In this document: piece after piece, positions 14,281 to 27,952 of the stretch
How positions within the stretch are numbered: the first letter of the stretch is position 1
Layout of the letters: every line of letters begins with the position of its first letter
NCBI RefSeq assembly: GCF_009914755.1
Contig: NC_060926.1
DNA from: the human T2T-CHM13v2.0 reference genome, Homo sapiens
DNA: 64,000 nt
Reading direction: 5' to 3' (one strand)
The notes under the pieces: generated by a model
Told to the model about the DNA's origin: nothing
The model's database searches: none
Seen by the model: the letters and a program-made list of their open reading frames with translations, nothing else
Program-made: the position numbers and the translations under genes

Positions 14281-14992
14281 TCTCAAGACTCAAAAGTAAC
14301 CCTCTTTGGTTTAGTACTCTGCTCTCCAGGCACCCTAGGGCAAAAGCATCATCCCACAGCTGTGGGTTGGGGATCCTGCCCTCACGGCTCTGCCAGGCCA
14401 GGTCCTCCTGCCAAGCCTCTGGGCAGCCTTACACCTACCTAAGGCTCTGTAGGGCAGTCCTGCCTTCAAGATTTCAGGTGGAGGACTTTGAAATTGAAAC
14501 AGTGGGTCTGATGATCGATGAATCAACTTTGAGGTCATTTTTTCCTCTTCTTATAGTACACATTCACAGACAAATAGCTCTATCATGCCATCCTATCAAA
14601 TCCAAGAAGTCTGACAGCCTTTCCTCATTTTGTCTCTTTTCTTCTTCAGTTCATACTGGCAGTGTTTCTGCTCATATAATCACATAAACTCTTTTATCAA
14701 GTAATAGTCTAGCAACACCATTGTGTTGCCTTCAGAACGTGCTTTCTCATTTGTTACAATATAGATAGACTGAGAATTTTCTAAATCTTCAAGTTGTGGT
14801 TCCTTTTTCTTAACAATTTCTTTTGTAATTCTTCCTTTTCTTTTCTCACTTTACTATAAGCAGTAAGGAGGAACAAAGTCACTTCTTCATCACTAGGCTT
14901 AGAAATCTTCTCAACTAAATATCCATTTCTAATACTTGCAAGTTCTACCTTCCATAAACACTAGAACAGAGTTAAGCCAATTACTTTACAGT

Positions 14993-16232
14993 TGTAATTG
15001 CCTGATGGGTTCTTGCTCTCTGCACAGTTAAGACCAACTGTATTAGTCAGGGTTCTCTTAGAGGGACAGAACTAATAGGATGTATATATGTATATGCATA
15101 AAGGTGAGTTTATTAAGCATTAACTTACATGATTACAAGGTCCCACAATAGGCTGTCTGCAAGCTGAGGAGCAAAGAGAGCCAGTTCGAGTCCCAAAACT
15201 GAAGAACTTAGAGTCCGATGTTCGAGGGCAGGAAACATCCAGCACAGGAGAAAGATGTAGGCTGGGAGGCTAAGTCCATCTCGCTTCTTCACATTTTTCT
15301 GCCTGCTATATATTTGCTGGAAGCAGATTAGATTGTGCCCACCAGATTAAGGGTGGATCTACCTTCCTTAGCCCACTGATTCAAATTTTAATCTCTTTTG
15401 GCAACACCCACGTAGACACACCCAGGATTAATACTTTGTATCCCTCAATCCAATCAAGTTGATACTCAGTATTAACCATCACACCAATTCACTAAGATAG
15501 TGGTATTACAGTAGAGAAAGAGTTTAATTAATGCAGGGATAGCCAAGCAGAAGACAGGAGTTTATTATTCAAATCAGCTTTCCCAAGAACTCAGAGGCTA
15601 CTGATTTTACAGATAATATGACAGGCAGGGGGCTAGGGAAGGGATGCCATTGATTGGTTGGAAATGAAATCATAGAGGTGTGGAAAACAGTCCTCATGCA
15701 CTTAGTTAGTCTCTCAGTTGACTTATGAGTCACAGTTCCAGGTAAAGTCAGCCAGTCACCAGAATGCAAAAGTCTGAAAAACAGATCTCAAAAGACTAAT
15801 CTTAGGTTCTACAATAGTAATGTTATCTATAGGAGCAATTGGGAAAGTTACAAATCTTGTGACTTTCATTGCAGTAAATGATTATAGAAAGGCAAGCTAC
15901 ACCTACATTTTAGCAGAATTAAGGCCCCTTCCATAATTCTAATCTTGTGGCCTTTTATTAGACTTACAAAAGTTTAATATTACTAATATTAGTAGTCTAA
16001 TATTACTAATATTACTTTTATTAGACTCTCCAAAGAAGGAGAGGGCAAGTTATAGGGAGAAACAATTATCATTTTTGTTTCAAAGGTAAACTATAAACGA
16101 AATTCCTCCCATAGTTAACTTGGCCCACCCCCAGGAATGGGAGAAGACAACCAGCCTGTGAGGCTAGAAACAAGATGGAGTCAGCCATGCTAGACTTCTC
16201 TCACTGTCATAATCTTTGCAAAGGTGGTCTTG
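14993..16232 (-). mobile_element. LTR8-family (LTR8A/B-like, ERV1) solo LTR, split by MLT2A1
   Basis: Termini tgtaattgcctgatgggttc... and ...aagatggagtcagccatgctagacttctctcactgtcataatctttgcaaaggtgg. Confidence 0.8.
15039..15483 (-). mobile_element. MLT2A1 (HERV-L) solo LTR, complete, 445 bp
   Basis: tgtattagtcagggttctcttagagggacagaactaatagga ... gtattaaccatcaca; TSD ccaac/ccaat. Confidence 0.9.
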
Positions 16233-16393
16233 CCACTTCATAACAAGAATCACCTTTCCTCCAGCTATATTTCATATTTCTGAGTCTCACTGAATCTCAC
16301 TTAACATCTATATATCTAGCACACACCTCAAAAATATTCCAGACTCTACCCACTTCCAAAGCTGCTTCCACATGTTCAGGTAGCTGTTACATC

Positions 16394-16841
16394 AAAGAGA
16401 TTTATTATAAGAAATAATCTCATGTGATTATGGAGACTGAGAAGTTCCAAGATCTATAGTAAGCAAGCTGAAGACCCAGGAGAGCTGATGGTAGAGTTCC
16501 AGACCAAAAGCTGGCAAAGTTAAGACCAAAGAAGAGCCAATTTTTTAGTTCAAGTCTGAAGGCACAAAAAAAGAAACAAAAGGAAAGAAAAGAAATGGAG
16601 CCCCAGCTCAAGCAATCAGGAAGGAGGAGTTCCCTCTAACTCGGACTTTTTATTCTATGTAGGTCTTCAATTGATTGAATAAGCCCACCCACATTAGAGA
16701 AAATCTGCTTTACACAGTCTTCTGATTCAAGTGTTAATCTCACCCTGGATCACTCTCACAGACATGCCCTGAGTAACATTTGACCAAATACCTGGGCATT
16801 CCATGTCTCATTCAAGTTGATACATAAGATTAACCACCATA
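16394..16841 (-). mobile_element. MLT2B/MLT2D-like ERVL LTR, partial
   Basis: gagatttattataag...tgattatggagactgagaagttccaagatc...caagttgatacataagattaaccaccata. Confidence 0.75.
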
Positions 16842-16929
16842 AAGACAAAAAGGGATATAAAACATCAAAAGACTTTATCTTCAATTCTATATCAGCAGGT
16901 AACAGCACATACAAATTAAGATAATTCAA

Positions 16930-17765
16930 GAAGGGTTTAGTAAAAGGCATGTGCAAGGTATAGGGAAATCACAAAGTCTGGTGCAATACTCAAGGAGGAT
17001 GTTGAGTAAAAGGAAACACTCAGTGACGCCTTGAATTAAACTGAAGCAAAGGAGCAACGGTAATAAGCACCCAGCCTCTCTCTGTCCTCCAACATCCTGA
17101 TGGGCATCCCCATTAACTGAACCCAACAGGAAGACACAGGGTAGTGTCAATGACGTAGTCCACATAGGTCACCCTTGTCAATGAAGAGTGAAACTCCATA
17201 AAATATTTGAAGAGATTTATTCTGAGCCAAATATGAATGACAATGGCCTGTGTCGCAGCCCTTGGAGACCATGAGAACATGTGCCCACATTGGTTGCAGA
17301 TTTATTATAAGATTCACTCTGGAAAGGCAGACAACTTGAAATAGGGGTGGGGTGCGGGTGGGGCTTCCAGGTTATAGGTAGATTTAAAATTTTTCTGATT
17401 GGCAACTGGTTGAAAGAATTAAGTTATTATTTAAAGATCTGGAATTAATAGAAAGGAATGTTTGCGTTATGATGATAAGGGGTTGTGGAGACCAAAGTTT
17501 GATCATGCAGATGAAGCCTCCAGGTAGCAGACTTCAGAGAATTGATTGCAAATGGTTCTCACCAGATTTAGAGTCTGTTTCATCAGTAATTCCAAAAGGG
17601 AGGAGGGTATAATGAGGCATGTCCACCCCCTACCCCACATGATGGACTAAACCAGTCCCTCAGGTTAGCCTTGGAATGCCTTTGCCAAGAGAAAGGGTCC
17701 ATTCAGATGGTCAGGGGGCTTAGAGTTTTATTTTTTGTTTACATCCTCCTGGGGTACAAAGCTGG
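16930..17765 (-). mobile_element. LTR33-like ancient ERVL LTR, split by MER4A
   Basis: cccattaactgaacccaacaggaagacacagg...gtagtccacataggtcaccct|cctggggtacaaagc. Confidence 0.5.
17176..17743 (-). mobile_element. MER4A-like (ERV1) solo LTR
   Basis: TG...CA termini; gaagagatttattctgagccaaatatga and atgcagatgaagcctccaggtagcag; 4-bp TSD ccct/tcct. Confidence 0.85.
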
Positions 17766-17839
17766 CTAAAAGTTCAATACATAAAGACAGGTAGAAAGAC
17801 TTTACAACATTTTTGTAAAATCACAGATTTTACAGCACA

Positions 17840-18200
17840 AAATCTGTGATAGTAAATTTATACCTCAATAAAATGATTATTCTGCAAAAAAATATAAATT
17901 ACAAAAATTGAATCTAGCAGTAGAAAAACTAAACCCACAATCATAGAAAAAGAAAAAACATTATTAAAATGTTACATCAAAAAATGGCTACTGGTCTGGA
18001 CGGTTTTATTGTAATTCTTTTCCAAGGTTTCAAAGGACTATATCACATTTTTACCTAGGATAAAATGTTGCAAGTATGTTTAATTAATTTTGTGAAGATA
18101 CCATGCCTAATACCATCCTCAAACAAAATAAAAGTAGAAAAAGAAAAATTTTGGCAAATTTCACTTACAAGTATAAGCATTTTAAATTACTAACAAAACA
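17840..18200 (+). mobile_element. Old L1M ORF2 fragment
   Basis: Degenerate ggtctggacggttttattgtaattctttt and aatttcacttacaagtataagcatt motifs. Confidence 0.4.
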
Positions 18201-18559
18201 AAATTAATTTCTATTTAAAAATCAAACTTTTCATTTACCCACCAAGACACAGTAGTGTCTTACCTTACTTACAAGTATTGCAAAAATGATTTAATAACTG
18301 AATTTCTGTTGTCCTGGATACCACACTGCTAAATTAAGCCACATGATTATTTTCATATATACATTAAAGTTTCAAAAAGAAAAGTAACTAGTGCTTTGTA
18401 CAAGGTCATTTAGAATAACTGAAAAGGATACATACACATAGGAATAAAATTTAATACTTAACATCCTATTATAGCTTCCTTATTAAAATTTGTGTCAAAA
18501 CAATGAAACCTAAAACCCACCATGATTATTTTAGCATCATTACGGATGTTTCTCCCATT

Positions 18560-19070
18560 TTAACTAGATGTCAAACATGTAAGTGAAGAAATCATCCTGG
18601 AATTTTTAAGCCCCTATAGTCACTAAGTGGCTAAGAGATGAACCACCCCTCTGTGTCCTGTCCGAATTTCTGCCTCACAGAATCATGAAAAATTATAAAA
18701 TAGTTTTTTGTTTATTTTTAAGCCACTAGATTGGCATAGTGTGTTCGACTGACCAGATATGAATCAAGGGCTATAAGACTGGCTTCAGCAGAAGAGGACG
18801 AGGCCAACACAGAGGAAAAAAGGGTTGAAAGAGAGAGAAGGAGAAAAGAGATGGAGAAGGGAGGGGAGGAGAAGAGAGGGAAGGAGAGGAAAGGGGAGAG
18901 GAGAGAAAGGACTTCAATTAACAACCCCATGACCTCATTTATATTTCTAAATCCATCTGAGCACGAAGCTCTATCCTTCTGTGGACTTTCCATTTTTTAG
19001 AGCAGACAAATGCCCTTTACTGCTTAAGTAAGGCTGAGCTGGATTTCTATCACAATAAAGAGTAACTAAA
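18560..19070 (+). mobile_element. Old MLT1 (H/I/J/K-type) LTR 3' fragments, two adjacent pieces
   Basis: ccgaatttctgcctcacagaatcatga...tttaagccactaga; aggccaacacagagga...tgcttaagtaaggctgagctggatttct. Confidence 0.55.
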
Positions 19071-19674
19071 AACTCCTCCAGGTAGAGGGCCTGGTCTGGC
19101 TATTTACAGAACTCTACACAGCAGGATAACTGTTTGGCCACCAACCTTCTTAAAATACTGATGTGGATTAAAGTGAATTCTGGGAAGGTGAAGTCCACTT
19201 CAGCTGACATAGGTTTGTTTTTGTTTTCCTGGGGGAATGAGTTATGTGACAAAACTAGGTCATCAAAGTTTATAATTGGTGGAAGTATGAATATATAAGG
19301 AATTAAAATGAAGTTTAATTTTATGTCTCTTAAAATCAAAGGTTACTAGCTGTGGATATAAGTCACATAATCCATTATTACTATTTGCATTTCAGTTCTT
19401 TTTCTAAACATGTTATCATTCCTAAATTCATTTTCAGAAATCATATTTACAATTTGTAATACCTAAGAGATTTGCTGGGTTTGATACTTCTTGTCCTATA
19501 GAGGGAAGTCTTAATTATTTTTATCTAATAAGACTACCAGTATTTCTCGCATACATAGCTTTTCTCTAGCCTTTTCCTAGATATAAAGAATTATCTTTGA
19601 ATCCTACCCTCTTATTAACCACATCCATTTGCCATAATTTTGCACCAGTTGTGGTGACTTTCACAAATGCATCA

Positions 19675-19986
19675 GGCTGGGTGCTGTGGCTCATGCCTGT
19701 AATTTCAGTGTTTTGGAAGGCAGAGGTGGTAGAATCACCTGAGGCCAGGAGTTCAAGACCAGCCTGGGCAACATAGCAAGACCCCACTTCTACAAAAAAT
19801 TTGAAAATTAGCCAAGCGTGGTCATGCATGCCTATAGTCCTACCTACTCAGGAGGCTGAGGGGGAAGGATCACTTAAGCCCAGGAGTTCAAGGCTGCAGT
19901 GAGCTATGATCACACCACTGCACATCAACCCTGGTGACAGAGGGAGACCCTATCTCTAAAACAAAACAAAATACACACACACAAAA
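19675..19986 (+). mobile_element. AluJ (Jo/Jr-like)
   Basis: J diagnostics: gaggccaggagttcaagaccagcctgggcaacatagcaagaccc; aggctgcagtgagctatgat. Confidence 0.9.
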
Positions 19987-20696
19987 ACATACTTCATTGG
20001 TCCTACAAATCTTAGGAAATAATAACCCATTGGACACAGTGTTATAAAAACAACCTTGTACTATATTACAATGAAAAATAATAATAAACAGGCTCTAAAC
20101 CAGATTGACTGTAGGAGAGACAGAAGGAAGAGAAAAATCACCTTGTTGCTCAGTCATTATGAAATCAGCTGGGTGTCAAATCAATGACCAGCAAAGAATG
20201 TGGCAACTGCCCAGAGAGCTTGATCAAACAGATCAATTCAAACATTTCCTTCATTCATTCAACAACAAAGCCACCAACATTTAAATGAGAATTTAATCAA
20301 GAGTAGATTTATTCCTGAACATTAATCAATCTGTAATTCAATTACAAAAACTAGGCAACAGATAACCACGTATATTTGAGAAAGATTTTTTAGCTTTCAA
20401 ATGTGCTTGGCTCATTTTGAGAATATTAAAAAGAAAATATTAAAATGGTGAAATGTGTTTAAAACCTCACAATGTTAACAGATATTGTGCCTAGTAACAA
20501 AATAATCAAATACTCAAAAGTCTTTTGAAAATAAGAGCTGATGTAAACATATAAGTGTATGTATATGAAATATGACAGCAAGAGGGTTAAAGGAAAAGGC
20601 ATAAAGGTACTTATAATAAACTGCAGTCTCTCTTCTTATAGGTCCTTTATTTTACCTGTGGAATATCAGTTAAATTTCACTTCAGTAACAGAGAAA

Positions 20697-20730
20697 ACAC
20701 ACACACATACACACACACACACACACACAC
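20697..20730. repeat. (CA)n microsatellite
   Basis: About 16 CA units with one interruption. Confidence 0.95.
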
Positions 20731-20859
20731 GCAGAGAGATTAAAACTAACGTTTAAAACTTGTGGATGGGACTCTATTTAAAGTGATGGAATACTCTGAT
20801 GTGAACTACATTTCAAAAGACTAGCTAATTCCTTCCTCTGGAATTAATGTCCATATGAC

Positions 20860-21074
20860 CAGAGTTGGAACATAAATACCTCAGCTCTTTTGGCCCTTGA
20901 CCAGGATAACATGCAGTGGCCAAAGGCGTAGTAACATACCCTAATTGACTGCCTTCTACCCTGTTTTACTTTCCTACTCTCATAACAGAATTTTTTAGTA
21001 TCACTTCCCAGATAAACTACTTGAACACAAAACTTTATTTCACCGTCCAATTTTGGAGACTCCAAATTAAAACA
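20860..21074 (+). mobile_element. LTR16-like ERVL LTR, 3' part
   Basis: tcacttcccagataaactacttgaacacaaa...ggagactccaaattaaaaca. Confidence 0.6.
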
Positions 21075-21930
21075 TGTAACGAGAACATTTCTTTATTCTT
21101 CTGAATTTCTGTTAACATTTTATAATTTTCTAGATGTTTGCTAACTGTACTTTTGCAAATTTTCACCACACTCAATTTTTAAATTGCAAACTACATATTT
21201 TTTAAACTTAAAAATATTTTAAGTTAATAATCTCATCTCTATTTTTATTTCTGCTTCATTAATATGACCCCATTTTTTTCCAAGGCATAATGTATAACCT
21301 TCCACAGCTTATTCTATACTCATAAAATACGCATCATCTTATAAAAGAGATCATTTGTTTTTTAATGCTTACTTTTTCATTCATTAATAGGTAAAAATCT
21401 ATTGGATTATAATATAATCTATTATAAAAATTATATTGGATTATAATTCAAAATTTGTTAACTGTTACTGAGGTCATGGCAATTCTTCTGTAAATTATCA
21501 GTTTATATCTGCTATCCACTCATCTATTGAATTTTTATATTTTATACTAATTTTTAGAGATTTGTTCATATTATTTGTATCAATGTGTTGGAGAAAGGTC
21601 TGTCTTATGTAATATTTAAACTGACAATAAATTTGTTGTGATCAAAATACTGTGGTGTTTAAATAAGACTGAAAGGAGTCCATAAAGGATATACATGTGT
21701 ACATACACTTATGTATACACACACATACACGCACATATCCAAATGGATAGGAGAAATTAACAAATGATAAAAATGATATTATAATTTCAAGAGGAAAGAT
21801 TTTCTTTTAATAAGTGGCACTGGCTTCATGAATAATCTCTAGGAAATTAAATTTAGACCTTTCTCTTACATCATATAAATGAAGACTGGAACAGGAAAAA
21901 AAGAGAAAATTAAAAGAGAAAAGTTTTTAA

Positions 21931-22260
<330 letters not shown>

Positions 22261-24049
22261 TCTGACCCACAAGGAAGCTGTGACATAATAAATGTGAAAG
22301 CTCTTATCAGCAGAACAGTATAATCTGTAATGCAAAACAGAAATACTATTATGTTTTATCCAAAGAGTTGTTCCACTTTAGAGAGTGCTTAGCAGCTAGA
22401 GCTTGCTATTTAGTGGTAAGGTGTAGGCCACTGAGGACCAAATGCTTCTCTCAAAAGAAGAGAAATTACAACAGAAGGGAGAAAAAGTTGCTATATCTCT
22501 GTGATCATAATGCATATCATTTGCATAAAAGGAATATGAATGAGACATTTCTCCAGCAGATTGTAAGATATAAAATGAAGCAGAGGAAGTTTGCTTTCTT
22601 CTCATTAAATCAAAAAGAAATTATTCATCTCCATGAATGCAAATGAAAGCTTTCCAAATGATATGGTCATAACATGGTAATTAAATGCCTGAGTGCCAGC
22701 CAGATTCCTTCATTTTTCTAAATTATAATAATTACAATTGACCATTACTGGTAATTACAGTGATCAGAAAGTCAAATTCCAATTTTTCATTCTATTTCCT
22801 GGAATAAGTGTGTACCTTCCTTCCACTAAAACAATCAAGTGTTCTTTTTCCCTACCGAAATCTCTTCTGCTCTTTTGTCCTAAGCCCATGCAAAACAGCT
22901 CTCTCTTCGTGTTCTCCTTTATTTTTATTTACCTCATAATCATGGTTCATTTTTCAGATTTCTCCCAGGGGCTAATCAGGAGATGTCCTTCGTACAAGCA
23001 TTAAATGAAGGTAAAATTGAAAGATTAAACACGTAAATTATTGTTTCAAAAAGAGTTCTATGTATTCTGAGTGCCTGAATCATTTCATACGTGCCCTCTT
23101 ATTATCCCAGTAATCAAAATAAGAGCCAGCAATCAAAGGTCCTAACAAATTCTTTGAGGAAAGCATGCAAGTTAAAAAAGAAATGATTAACTACCACTCA
23201 GTTTTGCATTAACACCATGTTTCTCAGCCCACATAACTGTATCAGTTTACTAGCTGTGTGGCATATCTTGAGGTTTCTGTCGCTGGACTTTAGACGGATA
23301 CCTACAAATCAAATCTTTAATATTTCTTTCCTTGAATCAATTCATTCTGTTCTCCAAGTTTCTTTCTTGAAAATAAAAATCCCTCTGAGTAATTCAAGCT
23401 TTCCTTAACCATCCATGGCATGAGTTTATCAATTTGCTTTTTTTTTAAGAATGTAATTCAGAACAATTATTGAGGGAATTCTGGAGGTCATTTCTGCAAT
23501 TCAAATCTAAGTTTCAATGCATAGAAACTTTGGCTCTGCAGTAATAGCTATAAAAAGCATAGATAAATGGGAATGTTGCAGTGCAATTTATTTCAGTACA
23601 AAAAAAATTGTAAACTTCTGTGTCCATTAACAGATGACTTACCACTTAAATTAAGGTACAAATATACAATGAAAAAGTGTTCAGATATTATAGAATGATT
23701 ACATACATACATACTTATTATATGAGAAACTATCCAAGATAACACGATTCCCCTTATGTATATTTTAATGTGTATATGTATATGTGAGAACATGGAGAAA
23801 GGGCTCAGAGAATCTTAACCAAATGTTAGCAGCTGTTTAACCTGTCAAGATCTCAGGTAAATTTAATCTTTCATGCTTTTATATAACTTTTCTGTCTTTG
23901 ATTCTAAGCTATATATGTTACCATTTATCATCACATGCATGGTGATTTCTTATTACAGAGTTAAGAGAAAAGTGAATATATATAGAGAGATACTTTTTCA
24001 TGCAGCCCCCAGCTTGGCCCTTATAAGCATTTGTGTTTGTCATCCCTGC

Positions 24050-24170
24050 CATAGAGGAAAGACACTGAAGACCCAAGCGGAATTTCTAACTCCTTCCCTT
24101 GTCATATATGTGACTTTAGATTCAACATTCAGCCTTTACTGATTTCAGTTCTGTTTGTATTAACATGAAA
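24050..24170 (+). mobile_element. MIR fragment
   Basis: Degenerate MIR core (tgtgactttagattcaacattcagcctttactgatttcagttc). Confidence 0.4.
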
Positions 24171-24783
24171 CTTAGTTCATGGCCTAGACATATTACCTTA
24201 ACAACATAACACATTTTAAAAATTGATTGTATATTTAAAGCCTATGCCTTAATTCAGTATGCAAGATACAATCTCCCTGCCTCAAAGTAATTACATTCCT
24301 TGACCAAATTAGTCAAAGCATCTAGACTTTATCTTGAATTAGGATCAATTTGGAATCTGATGTTAAAGACAGTAAATCCCTTTTGCTAAAGAAGACCACT
24401 CAATATTTTTCTACTTGTCAATTAATTAATTGTGAAATATTGCTACCTTTTCCTTTTCATATTACCATCCACTGGGACAACACCCTTAATCCAGCAACTC
24501 TAGTAAACTTACCCAGTGAAAAAGAATTTCGTAATTCTGTTTTTATAACACAGTAAGTGTTCATGTCCAGAACAAAACTTTTGATCACTCTAGTACCAAA
24601 TCCTGATTATATTATTTATTATTAACTGTTATATTAGAAACAAAGGGAGAATAAAAGCCTTGATACACAATAAGTAGTATAGTTTCTCTTTTAGGATCTA
24701 GTTCTTTTCAGAAACCAAATTGTACAAATGACTAAACTGATGTCCTTTCTAGGGTATACTGAACTGCTAAAGTAAAAGAGTTT

Positions 24784-24786
<3 letters not shown>

Positions 24787-24822
<36 letters not shown>

Positions 24823-24829
24823 ACACACA
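24787..24829. repeat. (CA)n microsatellite
   Basis: About 16 perfect CA units followed by gagacacaca. Confidence 0.95.
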
Positions 24830-25071
24830 AATAGCTGGAATGTTTCTAGGATAATTTATTAATTTTAAATGCTATAGGGGAAAAAAAAAGGTTTCTTGAT
24901 TTCCTCCAGTACCCCAAAAGGCTAACAAGAAATTTGTAATTTACTTGATGTCTTGATACCTAAACTGAATGCTGTTGCAAATATTGATGCTTCTACAGGC
25001 TGAGAAGTCCAAGATCAGGGCACAAGCATTCAGTGTCCAGTTAAGAGCCTTTTGCTGCAATAACAGACATG

Positions 25072-25583
25072 TAGTCATCTGTCACTGAACAAAAGGGGTA
25101 CATTCTGAGGGATGTGTTGTTAGGTGATTTCATCATGTGTGGACATCATAGATTATGCTTACACAAACCTAGACGGTATAGCCTACTACACACCTAGGCT
25201 ATAAGGTATAGCCTATCGCTCCTAGACTAGAAACCTGTACAGCATGTTATTGTACTGAAGACTGTAGGCAACTGTAACACAATGTTAAGTGTTTGTGCTT
25301 CTACACCTATATAAATGCGGAAAAGGTATAGTAAAAAATATGGTATAAAAGATAAAAATGGTATACCTGTATAGGGCAGACTTTTATACAACTGGCAGTG
25401 CATTAGGTTAGTTTATACCAGAATCACCAAAAACACGTGAGCAATGCATTGTGCTACAATGTTAACGATAGCTATGATGTCACTAGGCAACAGGAATTTT
25501 TCAGCTACAATATAATCTTATGGGAACACCATCATATTTGTGATTTGTCATTGATCGAGATGTCATTATGTGGTATATAGCTG
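25072..25583 (-). mobile_element. Tigger3 (MER7/GOLEM) non-autonomous DNA transposon
   Basis: acacaaacctagacggtatagcctactacacacctaggct...aaacctgtacagcatgtta; tataatcttatggga near the right end; degenerate TIRs. Confidence 0.85.
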
Positions 25584-25589
25584 TGCTGT

Positions 25590-25881
25590 AGAATCAAGAG
25601 AGACTCATTTTAATAAATTGGATCACAAGATTGTGGAGACTGATAAGTCCAAAATCTGCAGGGTAGGCCAGCAGGCTGAAGATCCAGTAAGAGCTGATGT
25701 TGCAGCTCAAATCCAAAAGCACTCTGCTGGCAGAATTCCCTCTTCTTTACTCAAAGTCCACTGATTTAAACGTTAATCCCATCTAAAAAAATACACCTTC
25801 ACAAGAAAATCCAGACATGTTTAACTGAACATCTGAGTATCATGACCTGTCCAAGTTTGCCACATGAAATTAACCATCACA
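25590..25881 (-). mobile_element. MLT2D-like ERVL LTR, partial
   Basis: aagtccaaaatctgcagggtaggccagcaggctg...gaaattaaccatcaca. Confidence 0.8.
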
Positions 25882-26010
25882 AGTATTCCAACTCTTTAAC
25901 AGATATTATAGAAATCATTTTTAAATAACATAAAAATGCTTCAGAAATATACTGCTACAGAAATACTTAAGCTGATGATCAAGCTAAAACACTGCTTCAA
26001 CATAAGTTCA

Positions 26011-26345
26011 TGTCTTAGGTCATTTGTGCCACTATAACAGAATCCCACAGACTTGGTAATTCATTAAAAACAGAAATTTATTTTCTCATAGTTCCACAGG
26101 CTGAGAAGTCCAAGATCAGGGCGCAAGCATTCAGTGTCCACTTCAGAGCCTTTTTGGTGCATCCTCATATGGCAGAAGGCAAAAGGGAAAGAGGACCAAT
26201 GCCGCATGAAGCTTATTATATAAGGCACTTAACCTCATTAACAAGAGAGGAGCCCTCATGGGCTAATCACCTCTTAAGGGGCCTACCCTTTAACACCATC
26301 ACACTGGCAACACCTGAATTTTTGAGGGGTCATATTGCATAGCAG
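26011..26345 (-). mobile_element. MST-family MaLR solo LTR
   Basis: tgtcttaggtcatttgtgccactataacagaatcccacagacttggtaatt...gccctcatgggctaatcacctcttaag. Confidence 0.8.
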
Positions 26346-26793
26346 TCCACATACAAAGACCTCATATAAAAACTACTACTACTACTAATAATAACAATAA
26401 CTCCATGGAGAAATTCAAGAACTCCATCACAGATACACAAAATCTGCCCATTCCCCAGATTCTGGTTGCAGAGGGTGGGAAAGAGGCAGGAATGGGAAGA
26501 GTAGAATTATAAAAACAGAAGACCTGACAAAACCAGAATACCTGATAGCACCAGATAAAACTCAAATGAATTTGTCTTCATCTTTAATAAAATAATTCAC
26601 CATGTTAGGGGTACATGGGCCAGAATATTAAATACTAACGGAAAAATTTTGTTTGAATAGCAGAAAACATGATCAATTCATGCTTCATCTGAACTAAGTT
26701 AATCTGGAAACTTACAAAGGTGCAACATGAATTAGACCCATCCCATAAGAATCCTTTGGGAATCTTCAAATGACTTTTATATAATTGCCTCTA

Positions 26794-27118
<325 letters not shown>

Positions 27119-27734
27119 CTATCTATCTATTATTTATTTTATAGATTTGCTGAATGGTGAATCTAACAAAAGCCACAACATCCACAGAGGCAAAACCAAA
27201 TCAAAACAAAAATACTATTAGATTTTGTGTTCCCTGTCTAGAACATTCTAAGGTATTTACCGAGTAATCTAGGACATATGTTACTGGAACACTTATTCAT
27301 AATTTTGAATCATGCAAAGCTTTGCCACCTACTCAGAAGCATTGTCTTTATCACTCACTATTCTCTGTGGAAAAAAATGAAAAGGACCTGTAGCAGAAGT
27401 GGAAAGTTACTACCTTTAGATAAACAGAGGTTTCAGAGAGCCTCCAGGAGCAAATACACTGTGGAAATTTACTGCAAACTTATGATTCTTAGCATAAGCT
27501 GCTGAGGACAAGAAGTAGACAGCTTTCTCCCAAAACCAGTGGAATAAGATTCTCCTATGTCATACAACCCTTTACATACTCCTGGTTATTTTGTACTTCA
27601 TACTTTTTCTCGTTATTATTTTAAGGATTTGCCCCTCATATTTATCCTATAATTGTCCTCTTCTTAAGTTTAGTCTTTACTAGAGACACTTATCTCCTAC
27701 ACCATGGTTGTTTGTTTGTTTGTTTTAACTATGG

Positions 27735-27952
27735 CTGATCTCTCTCCATCCCCATCTTTGGAGGACATTTGGCAAAGTCTGGAGATATTTTTGATTATGA
27801 AGACTAAGGGAAGGTGGTGTCACTGGTATCTGTTAAGTAAAGGTCAGGAATGTTGCTAATCATCCTATAATGCACTGAACAACCTCCTGGCCACAAACAC
27901 AACAAAGAATTATTTGATCCAATATGTCAAAATGCAGAGATTAAAGAACTCT
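27735..27952 (+). mobile_element. MER20 (hAT-Charlie)
   Basis: ggacatttggcaaagtctggagatatttttg...tgctaatcatcctataatgcac...acaaagaattat. Confidence 0.8.

Noticed and set aside
22950-23016. Plus-strand 42- or 53-nt exon candidate (GANQEMSFVQALNE)
   Set aside because: Weak donor (GTAAAA), unrecognised peptide and no partner exons.
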